64,000 bases of DNA. It comes from Thermodesulfovibrionales bacterium. GTDB taxonomy: Bacteria; Nitrospirota; Thermodesulfovibrionia; Thermodesulfovibrionales; SM23-35. Positions 7,973 to 17,034 of the stretch are shown here, piece after piece. A model generated the notes under the pieces. That model was not told the DNA's origin, made no database searches, and worked only from the letters and a program-made list of their open reading frames with translations. The stretch's first letter is position 1; every line of letters starts with the position of its first letter. The DNA lies in assembly GCA_963715195.1 (NCBI GenBank), contig CAVQRT010000031.1:256001-320000 (forward strand). Reading direction: 5' to 3'. Position numbers and translations under genes: made by a program.

Positions 7973-9538
7973 ATGAGTCTAAGCAAGCCAAATGCAAGTG
8001 CTGCAACAGTAACAACCACCAGGGTGTCACCATCGCCGATGTCAGGATTGTGCGTCAACTGTGTCGATGGCTGCCCCGGATACTGCGAGGTTGGCAGGTC
8101 TGCACTTCGTGGGAGAGAAATTCTCTATCCGCAGCCTTTCGGGAAGGTCATTTCAGGGGCAGAGAAAGATTATCCGGTTGATTTCTCACATTTCAATATA
8201 CATGGAACGTGTGTTGGAGCTGTGGGAAGTGAGGCAGATCCTGATAAGGCAACATTCCCTTCTGTCAGCGTAGAGACAGAAATAACCGGTCAAGGCACCA
8301 AAATCCCGATGAAAGTGCCATTTTTCACCGGTGCCCTTGGCTCGACCGAAATCGCCCGTGTCAACTGGGAGGGCACAGCTATTGGTGCAGCCATTAGCGG
8401 GTCTATTCTCGTATGCGGTGAAAATGTCTGTGGAATGGATTCAAAGGCTGAGATCAAGAATGGAAAAATCGCGAATTCGCCCGAGCTCGCGCGGCGAGTA
8501 AAGACCTACAAGGACTGGTATGACGGATACGGTACAATGCTTGTTCAGTTAAATGTTGAGGACACCCGCCTTGGGGTTGCCGAGTATGCTGTAGAAAAAC
8601 TCGGCGTGGAGGGCATTGAGCTCAAATGGGGACAAGGAGCCAAATGTATTGGTGGTGAAGTGAAACTGCCGACATTGGATAGAGCGCTCCAATTGAAACA
8701 GAGAGGGTATATTGTTCTCCCTGATCCTGAAAATAAGTCAGTACAGGAAGCACATAAACTTGGAGGCGTTGCTGAATTCGAGAGACACTCACGTCTTGGA
8801 ATGGTTGAAGAAGACTCATTTATGAAAGAAGTCGAACGGGTGAGAAAGATTGGCGCAAAATATGTGACCCTTAAGACAGGGGCTTACAGGCCGGTGGATC
8901 TAGCCCGTGCAGTTAAGTATTCATCGATGGCGAAAATTGACCTCCTTACGGTGGATGGTGCCGGTGGAGGGACAGGAATGAGCCCGTGGAGAATGATGAA
9001 CGAATGGGGCATCCCGACCGTCTATCTTGAATGCCTTTTGTACAACTATCTGAAAAGGCTGAAGGAAAAGGGTGAGTTTGTCCCGTCCGTTGCCATCGCC
9101 GGTGGTATAGTTCTTGAAGACCAGATTTTCAAGGCACTGGCACTCGGCGCTCCTTTTGTGAAAGCGATCTGCATGGGGCGTTCAACCCTTACCGCGGGAA
9201 TGGTCGGCAAGTCCCAGGGGAATAACATCGAAGAGGCTTTTGGAAAAGGCAAGGAATACGAAGAGGCCCTGATGAGGACGTTTAACGGTGCGGCAATGCT
9301 GAAAGACAAATTTGGGAAGGATCTCAAGAAGATTCCCCCGGCAGCGATAGGGATATACACTTACTACGACCGGCTTGCTGTGGGATTGAGACAGCTTATG
9401 GCAGGGGCACGTAAATTCGCCCTGAAGTATATTGAGAGAAGTGATCTCATGTCGATGACCCGCGAAGCAGCAGATGTGTCAGGTATCCCGTATTTGATGG
9501 ATGTCGACATGAAAGAAGCAGAAAATATCTTAGGATAA
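7973..9538 (+). CDS. Stand-alone FMN-binding glutamate synthase family protein (GltB2-like), paralog 2
   Basis: Same motifs as 4727-6328 (ELKWGQGAKCIGGE, VDGAGGGTGMSPWRMMNEWG); strong GGAGGAGG RBS. Confidence 0.88.
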   Translation: MSLSKPNASAATVTTTRVSPSPMSGLCVNCVDGCPGYCEVGRSALRGREILYPQPFGKVISGAEKDYPVDFSHFNIHGTCVGAVGSEADPDKATFPSVSVETEITGQGTKIPMKVPFFTGALGSTEIARVNWEGTAIGAAISGSILVCGENVCGMDSKAEIKNGKIANSPELARRVKTYKDWYDGYGTMLVQLNVEDTRLGVAEYAVEKLGVEGIELKWGQGAKCIGGEVKLPTLDRALQLKQRGYIVLPDPENKSVQEAHKLGGVAEFERHSRLGMVEEDSFMKEVERVRKIGAKYVTLKTGAYRPVDLARAVKYSSMAKIDLLTVDGAGGGTGMSPWRMMNEWGIPTVYLECLLYNYLKRLKEKGEFVPSVAIAGGIVLEDQIFKALALGAPFVKAICMGRSTLTAGMVGKSQGNNIEEAFGKGKEYEEALMRTFNGAAMLKDKFGKDLKKIPPAAIGIYTYYDRLAVGLRQLMAGARKFALKYIERSDLMSMTREAADVSGIPYLMDVDMKEAENILG

Positions 9539-9549
9539 GGAGGAAGATA

Positions 9550-9771
9550 ATGCTTAATTTAATTTGCTATAAGTTCTGTTCATCACCCTTCTGCATGGTT
9601 AGTTGTCCTGCAGGTGCAATAAGTATCTCAACAAAGGATAACAATGTTTATGCCGACACGAATAAATGCAACAGGTGTGGTATCTGTCGTGGCATGTGTT
9701 CTATTCTGAGTTTTGATAAAAATCTGAGAAGGAGAAGGCCGTGGGTGCGTGAGGATTTCGGCAAAAAATAG
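9550..9771 (+). CDS. Small 4Fe-4S ferredoxin-like protein
   Basis: CYKFCSSPFCMVSCP and CNRCGICRGMC; AGGAGG RBS. Confidence 0.8.
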   Translation: MLNLICYKFCSSPFCMVSCPAGAISISTKDNNVYADTNKCNRCGICRGMCSILSFDKNLRRRRPWVREDFGKK

Positions 9772-9845
9772 AAGGCATATAATCATTCTCCTCTCTTTCG
9801 TTGTACCCATCAGTCAAGGATGAGGAGTTAGAGGAAGTTACAGGT

Positions 9846-10325
9846 ATGGAAGAAGAACTTTTAGAACAAATCTTATCATCATACTGTGGTCAGAGAAATG
9901 AACTCGTTCCGATCCTTCAGGAGGTTCAGGAAAACCTTGGCTACCTTCCGGAGAAGGTGATGCTGGATATTGCGCGCTTTGTCGGCGCTCCCGAAAGTCA
10001 TGTATATTCTGTCGCATCTTTTTATGCGCAGTTCAGAACACTGCCACTCGGCAAGAGACGAGTTGCTGTCTGCAGAGGTACGGCATGTCATATCAGAGGA
10101 GCGCCTCAAGTCCTCCATGCAATTGAGGACTCAATCCATCTGAAGGAAGGGGAAACGTCTGAGGACCTTGAGTACACGCTCGAGACGGTTGCATGTATTG
10201 GATGCTGTGCTCTGGCCCCCTGCGTAAGAGTCAATAAGGACGTTAGCGGAGATATGACGCCGGAAAAAGCCATGAAACTTTTCATGAGGAATGGCAAAAA
10301 TGACGGAAGAAAAAGGATTAAATAA
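9846..10325 (+). CDS. nuoE: NuoE/HydC-like [2Fe-2S] subunit
   Basis: VCRGTACH...VACIGCCALAP; start placed at ATG 9846. Confidence 0.85.
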   Translation: MEEELLEQILSSYCGQRNELVPILQEVQENLGYLPEKVMLDIARFVGAPESHVYSVASFYAQFRTLPLGKRRVAVCRGTACHIRGAPQVLHAIEDSIHLKEGETSEDLEYTLETVACIGCCALAPCVRVNKDVSGDMTPEKAMKLFMRNGKNDGRKRIK

Positions 10326-11937
10326 GCGGCATGTAATCCTGGTATGTCAGGGGACGGGCTGCGTTTCAGGAGGGTCAGAACATATCTTTTCAGCCCTGAA
10401 AGATGCTTTGGAAACATCGGGGAATGGAAAAGACATCCTTGTAAAACGCACAGGCTGCCATGGTTTCTGCCAGCAAGGCCCTCTTGCTGTTGTCGAGCCA
10501 CAAGGTATTTTTTACACAAAAGTGACAAGAGAGGATATCCCTGAAATCTTGCAGTCTATTTCATTAGGAGGCAAACCGTTGGAGCGCCTCTTATATCGTG
10601 ATACATTTACGGATAAACCAATCCTCCATTACCATGATATTCCTTTCTACTGGAAACAGCAGAGAACCATATTGAAATACTGCGGCAGCATTGACCCTGA
10701 AGACATCGATGATTACAGCGAGGTCGGGGGATACAGAGCTCTGCAGAAGGCAATCTCTGCAATGTCTCCTGAAGACATTATTGGAGAAGTAAAGGAATCG
10801 GGACTGAGGGGACTTGGTGGCGCGGGTTTCCCCACCGGCCGCAAATGGGAATCCTGCCGAAATGTGCCCGGAGATATCAAGTACGTAATCTGTAATGCTG
10901 ACGAAGGCGACCCGGGAGCGTTCCAGGACAGATCAGTTATGGAAGGCAACCCTCACTCGCTTATCGAAGGTATGATCATTGCAGCCTATGCAATAGGAGC
11001 TCAACGAGGTTTTGTTTATGTGAGGGCAGAGTATCCCCTTGCTGTCAGCCGCCTAAAAATTGCTATCGACCAGGCACAGAAAGCAGGTTTTCTGGGTGAC
11101 GACATTGTGGGCAGAGGTTTCAGTTTTCATATCGACATCTTTCAGGGAGCAGGGGCCTTCGTATGCGGTGAATCGACGGCTCTGGTGCGCTCAATCGAAG
11201 GAAAGAGGGGTATGCCCAAGCCAATGCCCCGTCCGAGGACTACCGAGGAAGGATTATGGAATAAACCGACCCTTCTTAATAATGTCAAAACATTTGCAAA
11301 TATACCGTTGATCATCATGAACGGTTCAGAATGGTTTTCGCAGAGAGGGACAGAGAAAAGCAAGGGCACAGCCGTATTTTCTCTCACGGGAAAGGTGATG
11401 AACTGCGGCCTTATAGAAGTGCCCATGGGAGAAACGTTGCGGAAAATCATATTCGATATCGGGGGAGGAGTTTTAGGCGGCAAGTCCCTGAAAGCAATTC
11501 AGACCGGAGGGCCATCGGGCGGGTGCCTGCCTGCACACATGATAGATATGCCTGTTGATTTCGACTCGCTCACAAAAGCAGGTTCGATCATGGGTTCCGG
11601 AGGGCTTGTCGTGATGGATGAGGATACCTGCATGGTCGATGTTGCACGATACTTTCTTGATTTTAACCAGAGGGAATCCTGTGGCCAGTGCATCCCCTGC
11701 AGGATCGGTACCCGGCAGATGTTCGAGATCCTTGAAGAAATCACAAGAGGGAATGGACGGCCCGGGGATATCGACCTGCTCCTTGAATTAAGCAGCTCAA
11801 TAAAACAGAGTTCGATATGCGGACTCGGCAAGACAGCCCCAAATCCTGTTGTCACAACGATTCGGTATTTTCGGGATGAGTACGAGGCACACATTAAGGA
11901 GAAACGATGTCCTGCTGGTGTATGCAGGATGAATTGA
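10291..11937 (+). CDS. nuoF: NuoF/HydB-like FMN, NAD(P)H-binding subunit with N-terminal [2Fe-2S] domain
   Basis: GLRGLGGAGFPTG, NADEGDPGAF, GAGAFVCGES, GGPSGG, ESCGQCIPCR; no C-terminal 2[4Fe-4S] domain; alternative start 10300. Confidence 0.87.
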   Translation: MAKMTEEKGLNKRHVILVCQGTGCVSGGSEHIFSALKDALETSGNGKDILVKRTGCHGFCQQGPLAVVEPQGIFYTKVTREDIPEILQSISLGGKPLERLLYRDTFTDKPILHYHDIPFYWKQQRTILKYCGSIDPEDIDDYSEVGGYRALQKAISAMSPEDIIGEVKESGLRGLGGAGFPTGRKWESCRNVPGDIKYVICNADEGDPGAFQDRSVMEGNPHSLIEGMIIAAYAIGAQRGFVYVRAEYPLAVSRLKIAIDQAQKAGFLGDDIVGRGFSFHIDIFQGAGAFVCGESTALVRSIEGKRGMPKPMPRPRTTEEGLWNKPTLLNNVKTFANIPLIIMNGSEWFSQRGTEKSKGTAVFSLTGKVMNCGLIEVPMGETLRKIIFDIGGGVLGGKSLKAIQTGGPSGGCLPAHMIDMPVDFDSLTKAGSIMGSGGLVVMDEDTCMVDVARYFLDFNQRESCGQCIPCRIGTRQMFEILEEITRGNGRPGDIDLLLELSSSIKQSSICGLGKTAPNPVVTTIRYFRDEYEAHIKEKRCPAGVCRMN

Positions 11938-11989
11938 ATGAGGCTAAGAAAGATGCTGTTGGCAGGAACAATAGAGAAAGGAGGTCGCA

Positions 11990-14677
11990 ATGGGTACGGT
12001 TACACTGAAGATTGATGATCAGGAAATCCAAACCTGGCAAGGTGCCACTATCCTTGAAACGGCTCTGGAAAATAAAATCTATATACCACACCTCTGTTAT
12101 CATCCGGACTTGAAACCTGCCGGAAGCTGCCGTATCTGCCTTGTGGAACTTGATAACGGCCGACTGGTGAATTCATGCAGGACCCCGGTAAAGGAAGGCA
12201 TGGTCATAAGAACAAAGGGGTCTGAAGTCGATGCAGTGAGGCTGCCGGTTATTGAAATGATTATTGCCAATCATCATATGGACTGCAAGCATTGCCTAAA
12301 AAAAGGGCGGTGCCAATTGCAGAAGATCATGGCATATATGAAGGTAGACAAAAAGAAAATTCAGGAGCGGATGAGACTGCCGAAAGCTGATATGCCACTT
12401 GATGAATCGAATCCTTTTTTTATCAGAGATCATAACAAATGTGTCATGTGCGGAATTTGTATACAGACCTGCAAAGAGATTGCAAAAGTTAATGCAATTG
12501 ATTTTGCCGGCAGAGGGATCCAGAGCAAAGTTGCTCCGTTTGCAGATAAGCCGATAACAGAATCCAGCTGCGTCTCATGCGGAGAGTGCGTAATCCGCTG
12601 CCCTGTTGGTGCGCTTGTTTTAAGGAATCCCAGGAAAGCTGTCACGTGGGTGAAATCTATCTGTCCATACTGCGGCGTCGGATGCGGCGTTCTTCTGGGC
12701 ATCAAGGATAATGAAATTGTTGAGGTGAGAGCTGATGCGTCGAGTGCGGTAAATTTCGGATGTCTTTGTGTAAAAGGTCGCTTCGGCATGGACTTTGTAA
12801 ATTCACCGGACAGACTAAGCTACCCAATGGTAAGACAGGAGCGAGGAAAAGGAACAGACAAAGCAGCAGGTAAGGGGAGTAACAGCGGGTTTCTCGAGAT
12901 TTCCTGGGACGAGGCACTCGATCTTGTCGCAAAAAATTTGAAAAAATATAAGGGTGATGAATTTGCTCTCATAGCGTCAACTAAGTGCACTAATGAAGAC
13001 AATTATGTGGCACAAAAGTTTGCAAGGGTCGTCATGGGGAGCAACAACATCGACACCTCAGCCAGACTCTACTATGGTCCGAACATCACTGCGTTGCGGA
13101 GTACGGGGAAATGTGTCGGGTTCAGTCCGCCAGACGACAGTGATGTCTTTCCGGTTCCGGCGAGACAAAATCCGGATCTGATCGAAAAGGCTGCCTGCAT
13201 ACTTGTTGCCGGGGCAAATATTACCCAGTCACATCCGATATTAGGCCTGAAAATAAAGAAAGCGATTGATAACGGCGCGAAGCTTCTCGTCATAAGCCCG
13301 AATGAGACTGAACTCTGCCGAAGTGCTGAAAAATGCCTTAACCCCTATCCCGGTTCAGAACTGGCTCTTATTATGGGCATGTGCAATGTGATTGTCGAAG
13401 AGGAATTGTTTGACAGTGCATTCACAGGTATGTATTGCAATAATTTTGAAGAATTCAAAGAAGCACTCGGCGATTTTTCCCTTGGGAGGGTCGAAAGAAT
13501 TACCGGGATTCCCCGTGATATGGTCGAAGAGTCTGCCCGGACTTACGCGCTCAGCAAACCTGCTGCAATCTTCTGGGGTGCAGGAATCACCCAATATAGT
13601 CACGGGACAGACAGTGTTTATGCTCTCATAAATCTTGCAATTCTTACTGCAAATATCAAACATTCCTTTGCACTGAATCCCCTCTCAGAACAGAGCAATA
13701 CCTTAGGGGCCTGCGATATGGGTTGCCTGCCTGACTATTATCCCTGCTATCAACCCGTTGGTTCGCCTGATATACAGGAACGATTTGAAGCTCTTTGGGA
13801 GTGTGCACTGAACCCGAAGCCCGGCCTTACCTTTACCGAAATAATAGATGCCACACTTGCAGGAAAAATCAAAGCACTCTATATTATTGGATCGAACCCG
13901 GCTGTGACAATCGCTCCATCGAAAAAGGTAAAAGCTGCGTTGAAGAAAGCTAAATTTGTTGTTGTCCAGGACTTGTTCCTGAATGAGACAGCTCAATATG
14001 CCCACGTAGTCCTTCCGGCGGCAAGCTTTGCCGAAAAAACCGGTTCCTTTACGAATACAGGGGCTGAAACACAACCCATAGAAAAAGCACTTGAACCCTT
14101 TGGGAATTCAAGGCCGGACTGGGAAATATTGTGCCGGCTTGCAGATAGAATGGACAGCAGAGGCTTTGCGTTTGCAAGCCCCGATGACATTCTGTCGGAG
14201 ATGGTGGCGCTTATCCAGAACCTGCCTGAAACAATAGGAAAGTTTAGTTTGTTCCCGCTGCAATACAAAGCTCCGGCAGAGGCCGCAGACATGGATTATC
14301 CTCTTGTCCTGACGAGAGAGAGAGATTGTTACGCAGATGGCGTCATGTCTGAAAAAGCGCATGGCCTGAGAGAGCTTGGGTTGACAAACTATCTTCAGGT
14401 AAATCCAAAGGATGCCGCAGATTTTGGGATCGCTGACGGAGAAGCAGTTCGAATCGTTTCCCGGCACGGGTCTGCAGAGAGCAAGGCATTATTGACAGAA
14501 TCAACTCCTGCAGGTCTCGCAGTCCTAAAAGAGGATCAAGAACACTTCAATTCGCTTTTGAATCCAGTTCTCGATGTAATATCAAGAACTCCTGAGATGA
14601 AAATGTGTTCAGTCAGACTTGAAAAAGTTAAGGGGCACAAAAAGAGACAAAAGAATCTTGCAGTGAAATATGCATAG
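11990..14677 (+). CDS. Formate-dehydrogenase-alpha-like (NuoG/FdhF fold) Fe-S protein lacking the catalytic Cys/Sec-His
   Basis: N-terminal [2Fe-2S], HxxxCxxC and 2[4Fe-4S] motifs, CPYCGVGC; active-site segment reads NNIDTSARLYY instead of NNID..ARL(C/U)H. Confidence 0.82.
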   Translation: MGTVTLKIDDQEIQTWQGATILETALENKIYIPHLCYHPDLKPAGSCRICLVELDNGRLVNSCRTPVKEGMVIRTKGSEVDAVRLPVIEMIIANHHMDCKHCLKKGRCQLQKIMAYMKVDKKKIQERMRLPKADMPLDESNPFFIRDHNKCVMCGICIQTCKEIAKVNAIDFAGRGIQSKVAPFADKPITESSCVSCGECVIRCPVGALVLRNPRKAVTWVKSICPYCGVGCGVLLGIKDNEIVEVRADASSAVNFGCLCVKGRFGMDFVNSPDRLSYPMVRQERGKGTDKAAGKGSNSGFLEISWDEALDLVAKNLKKYKGDEFALIASTKCTNEDNYVAQKFARVVMGSNNIDTSARLYYGPNITALRSTGKCVGFSPPDDSDVFPVPARQNPDLIEKAACILVAGANITQSHPILGLKIKKAIDNGAKLLVISPNETELCRSAEKCLNPYPGSELALIMGMCNVIVEEELFDSAFTGMYCNNFEEFKEALGDFSLGRVERITGIPRDMVEESARTYALSKPAAIFWGAGITQYSHGTDSVYALINLAILTANIKHSFALNPLSEQSNTLGACDMGCLPDYYPCYQPVGSPDIQERFEALWECALNPKPGLTFTEIIDATLAGKIKALYIIGSNPAVTIAPSKKVKAALKKAKFVVVQDLFLNETAQYAHVVLPAASFAEKTGSFTNTGAETQPIEKALEPFGNSRPDWEILCRLADRMDSRGFAFASPDDILSEMVALIQNLPETIGKFSLFPLQYKAPAEAADMDYPLVLTRERDCYADGVMSEKAHGLRELGLTNYLQVNPKDAADFGIADGEAVRIVSRHGSAESKALLTESTPAGLAVLKEDQEHFNSLLNPVLDVISRTPEMKMCSVRLEKVKGHKKRQKNLAVKYA

Positions 14678-14712
14678 GAAAAGTCCCTTGAACAGGGTCC
14701 ATGTGTAGCTTT

Positions 14713-15690
14713 ATGAATAAAACCATGATTGCAATTCTGAAAATTCTGGAGCAGCATGAGGATACCATCCTTGGCTCAAGAGGGATTTCAAGACAATTGA
14801 AACAACATGGGATTGAACTTACGGAGAGAACTGTGCGTTATCACCTGAGAATTCTCGATGAGCGGGGGTTTACCAAAGTATTTGGCAAGGAAGGAAGGAT
14901 GATAACACAGAAAGGAAAAGTCGAGCTTTCGCATGCGTTAGTGTCTGACAGAATCGGTTTTGTTATCAGCAGGATCGAAAGTCTTTCGTATCTGACAAGC
15001 CTTGATCTCGAAAAAAACGAAGGCGATATCATTCTCAATGTATCGTATTTTCCCGAAAAAAATCTGAAGGAAGCATTGCGGATAATGAGGCCGGTCTTTC
15101 TGTCGCCGTATGTTATGTCTGACAGGGTTATCATGAAAAGGGGAGGAGAGAAGATCGGAGATGTCCCGGTCCCGGATGAACAGGTTGGTTTTGGCACCGT
15201 CTGCAGTGTAACCATCAACGGTATATTCCTCAAGTCAGGTATCCCTGTTATATCGAAGTTCGGTGGTGTCTTGCAGATAGAGGAAGCTGAACTGTCGAGA
15301 TTTACTGCACTGATCAGTTACGAAGGTTCATCATTGGACCCGCTCGAAATATTTATCAAGAGCAGGATGACGGATGTCTTGGGTGCAGTTAGAAATCGCT
15401 CCGGGAAGATTCTCGCCAGTTTCAGAGAAATACCGGTGGTAAGCATCGAAAAAGCGGAAGAACTCTGGAACGAATTGAGAAAAAATGGCATACGGGGTAT
15501 TTTGCTCATAGGCAATCCCAACCAGCCACTTCTCGAGATGCCTGTTGGACTTGACAGGGCAGGGATGGTGATCGTTGGCGGACTGAATCCAATTGCTGCA
15601 CTTGAAGAAGCAGGGATTGCGACGGTAACAAAAGCAATGTCCACCCTCCACAGGTTCTCTGACCTTGTGAAGTTTACGGAACTTCTCTAA
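14713..15690 (+). CDS. nrpR: NrpR-family nitrogen repressor, paralog 2
   Basis: Highly similar to 6402-7376 along the whole length; ATG 14713 aligns with the paralog start. Confidence 0.85.
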   Translation: MNKTMIAILKILEQHEDTILGSRGISRQLKQHGIELTERTVRYHLRILDERGFTKVFGKEGRMITQKGKVELSHALVSDRIGFVISRIESLSYLTSLDLEKNEGDIILNVSYFPEKNLKEALRIMRPVFLSPYVMSDRVIMKRGGEKIGDVPVPDEQVGFGTVCSVTINGIFLKSGIPVISKFGGVLQIEEAELSRFTALISYEGSSLDPLEIFIKSRMTDVLGAVRNRSGKILASFREIPVVSIEKAEELWNELRKNGIRGILLIGNPNQPLLEMPVGLDRAGMVIVGGLNPIAALEEAGIATVTKAMSTLHRFSDLVKFTELL

Positions 15691-16127
15691 GGCTCTTTGG
15701 ACTTTTCCAGGAAGTCTAAAATATAATCACAGTACTCGTGATAATCTTTTAAACAATCTGTGATTGAAGAATAAATGCTGTTATAATCAACGACGTCATA
15801 TTCATGAACCAGAATATTCCTTGTTCCAACACTTCGGGCTATTCGCCGGGCAAATTCTTCCGGGCAAATACCGCAATCGGCAAGCCTCAGGAAAGTCTCA
15901 GCATAATCCAGCGGAGGATTTGTATCTTTTGTTGATAGCTCTGAAATCAAATGATGATTTATATCAATAGCACGGTTGATAATTCTTTCCAGATACCGCT
16001 CAAGGGCTGCTTGTTTGATGAAGTCACGTGTTATTTCTTGCAAAGAATATTTGGCTAAGTCAGCGAGATGAACGAGTTCATTCTGAATAAGGGTTATTTT
16101 CCTTAAAATAAAGTTTTCCCTTATCAT
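15687..16127 (-). CDS. HEPN (DUF86/HepT-like) ribonuclease toxin
   Basis: RNILVHEY matches the RX4HXY HEPN motif; stop/start overlap with the MNT gene. Confidence 0.85.
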   Translation of the reverse strand: MIRENFILRKITLIQNELVHLADLAKYSLQEITRDFIKQAALERYLERIINRAIDINHHLISELSTKDTNPPLDYAETFLRLADCGICPEEFARRIARSVGTRNILVHEYDVVDYNSIYSSITDCLKDYHEYCDYILDFLEKSKEP

Positions 16128-16555
16128 CTTGTCGCGGCTATCATTTCTTTTAATATCTTCTGCCGTTTTTTGATAAGAAATTTCTCAAGCGCAAAAAGAG
16201 GCTGAGAGTCGATATATTCTTTGAAGGCAAAAGCTTTATGTGCAGCATATTCATCCTCGTCACCATAGAGTAAAATCCCTGATGAAATAACTTCGTATCT
16301 ATGAAATGTATTAACCTTATTGAGATTTGTTAAATCTATTTTATTATCTGGGATACCGAACAGATCTGATAAAAAATGTAAGAGCTCAATATAATTGTTG
16401 AAATCAGCTATATTTCCTTTCTTTGTCGTTAATACTGCCACATCATAATCACTTTCTTCACGGACAGTTCCCATAGCCTGAGAGCCGAAAAGAACAAGAA
16501 ATTTGATCCCATGTTCGATTGCATATTGTTCAATATTTTCTTTATTGATTTCCAT
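16124..16555 (-). CDS. Minimal nucleotidyltransferase (MntA-like) antitoxin
   Basis: LFGSQAMG...SDYDVAV (GSX10DXD) and IDLTNL; upstream of HEPN gene. Confidence 0.85.
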   Translation of the reverse strand: MEINKENIEQYAIEHGIKFLVLFGSQAMGTVREESDYDVAVLTTKKGNIADFNNYIELLHFLSDLFGIPDNKIDLTNLNKVNTFHRYEVISSGILLYGDEDEYAAHKAFAFKEYIDSQPLFALEKFLIKKRQKILKEMIAATR

Positions 16556-16677
16556 GAGTTTAATGTAGCACATAAGCGATGAAACAGCAAAACATACCCC
16601 GCAGCTTTACAACGGTTTGCATTTTTTATCAATAATTTACTATGCTTAATTATTAAACATTGGGAGGTAAGAAAGGC

Positions 16678-17025
16678 ATGACGATTACTGATAAGGCTGC
16701 TGAAAAGGCTCTGGCCATCCTGACCGGCGAAGGCAAAGCGAACTGGGGGTTGCGGATATTTGTAGCAGGAGAAAGCTGCTGCGGCCCGTCATTCGGTCTC
16801 GATATGCAGGAAGAGCAGAGGCCTGATGATGAAGTTTTAGAGAAGAACGGTTTGAAGGTTTTCTTGGACAAACACACCATGTCAACGCTCACCGGAAGAG
16901 AGCTTGATTATTATGTCGGGGAAGAGGGTGAAGGGTTCGTCTTCACCGGGGGCGTCTCTACGTGCGGCACCGGAAGCTCTGCATGCGGCACCGGCGGTTC
17001 GGGCTGCAGCTCCTGCGGCGAGTAA
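16678..17025 (+). CDS. HesB/IscA-family iron-sulfur cluster assembly accessory protein
   Basis: ITDKAAEKA, GLRIFVAGESCCGPSFGL, LDY...EGF, Cys-rich tail. Confidence 0.82.
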   Translation: MTITDKAAEKALAILTGEGKANWGLRIFVAGESCCGPSFGLDMQEEQRPDDEVLEKNGLKVFLDKHTMSTLTGRELDYYVGEEGEGFVFTGGVSTCGTGSSACGTGGSGCSSCGE

Positions 17026-17034
17026 GACAGAGCG

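Noticed and set aside
11990..14677. Calling this an active or selenocysteine formate dehydrogenase
   Set aside because: No TGA or Cys at the ligand position (TAC TAT) and the catalytic His and Arg are missing
16960..17022. Short duplication TGCGGCACCGG in the iscA-like tail
   Set aside because: Local codon-level duplication in a low-complexity Cys/Gly tail; no evidence of a separate element
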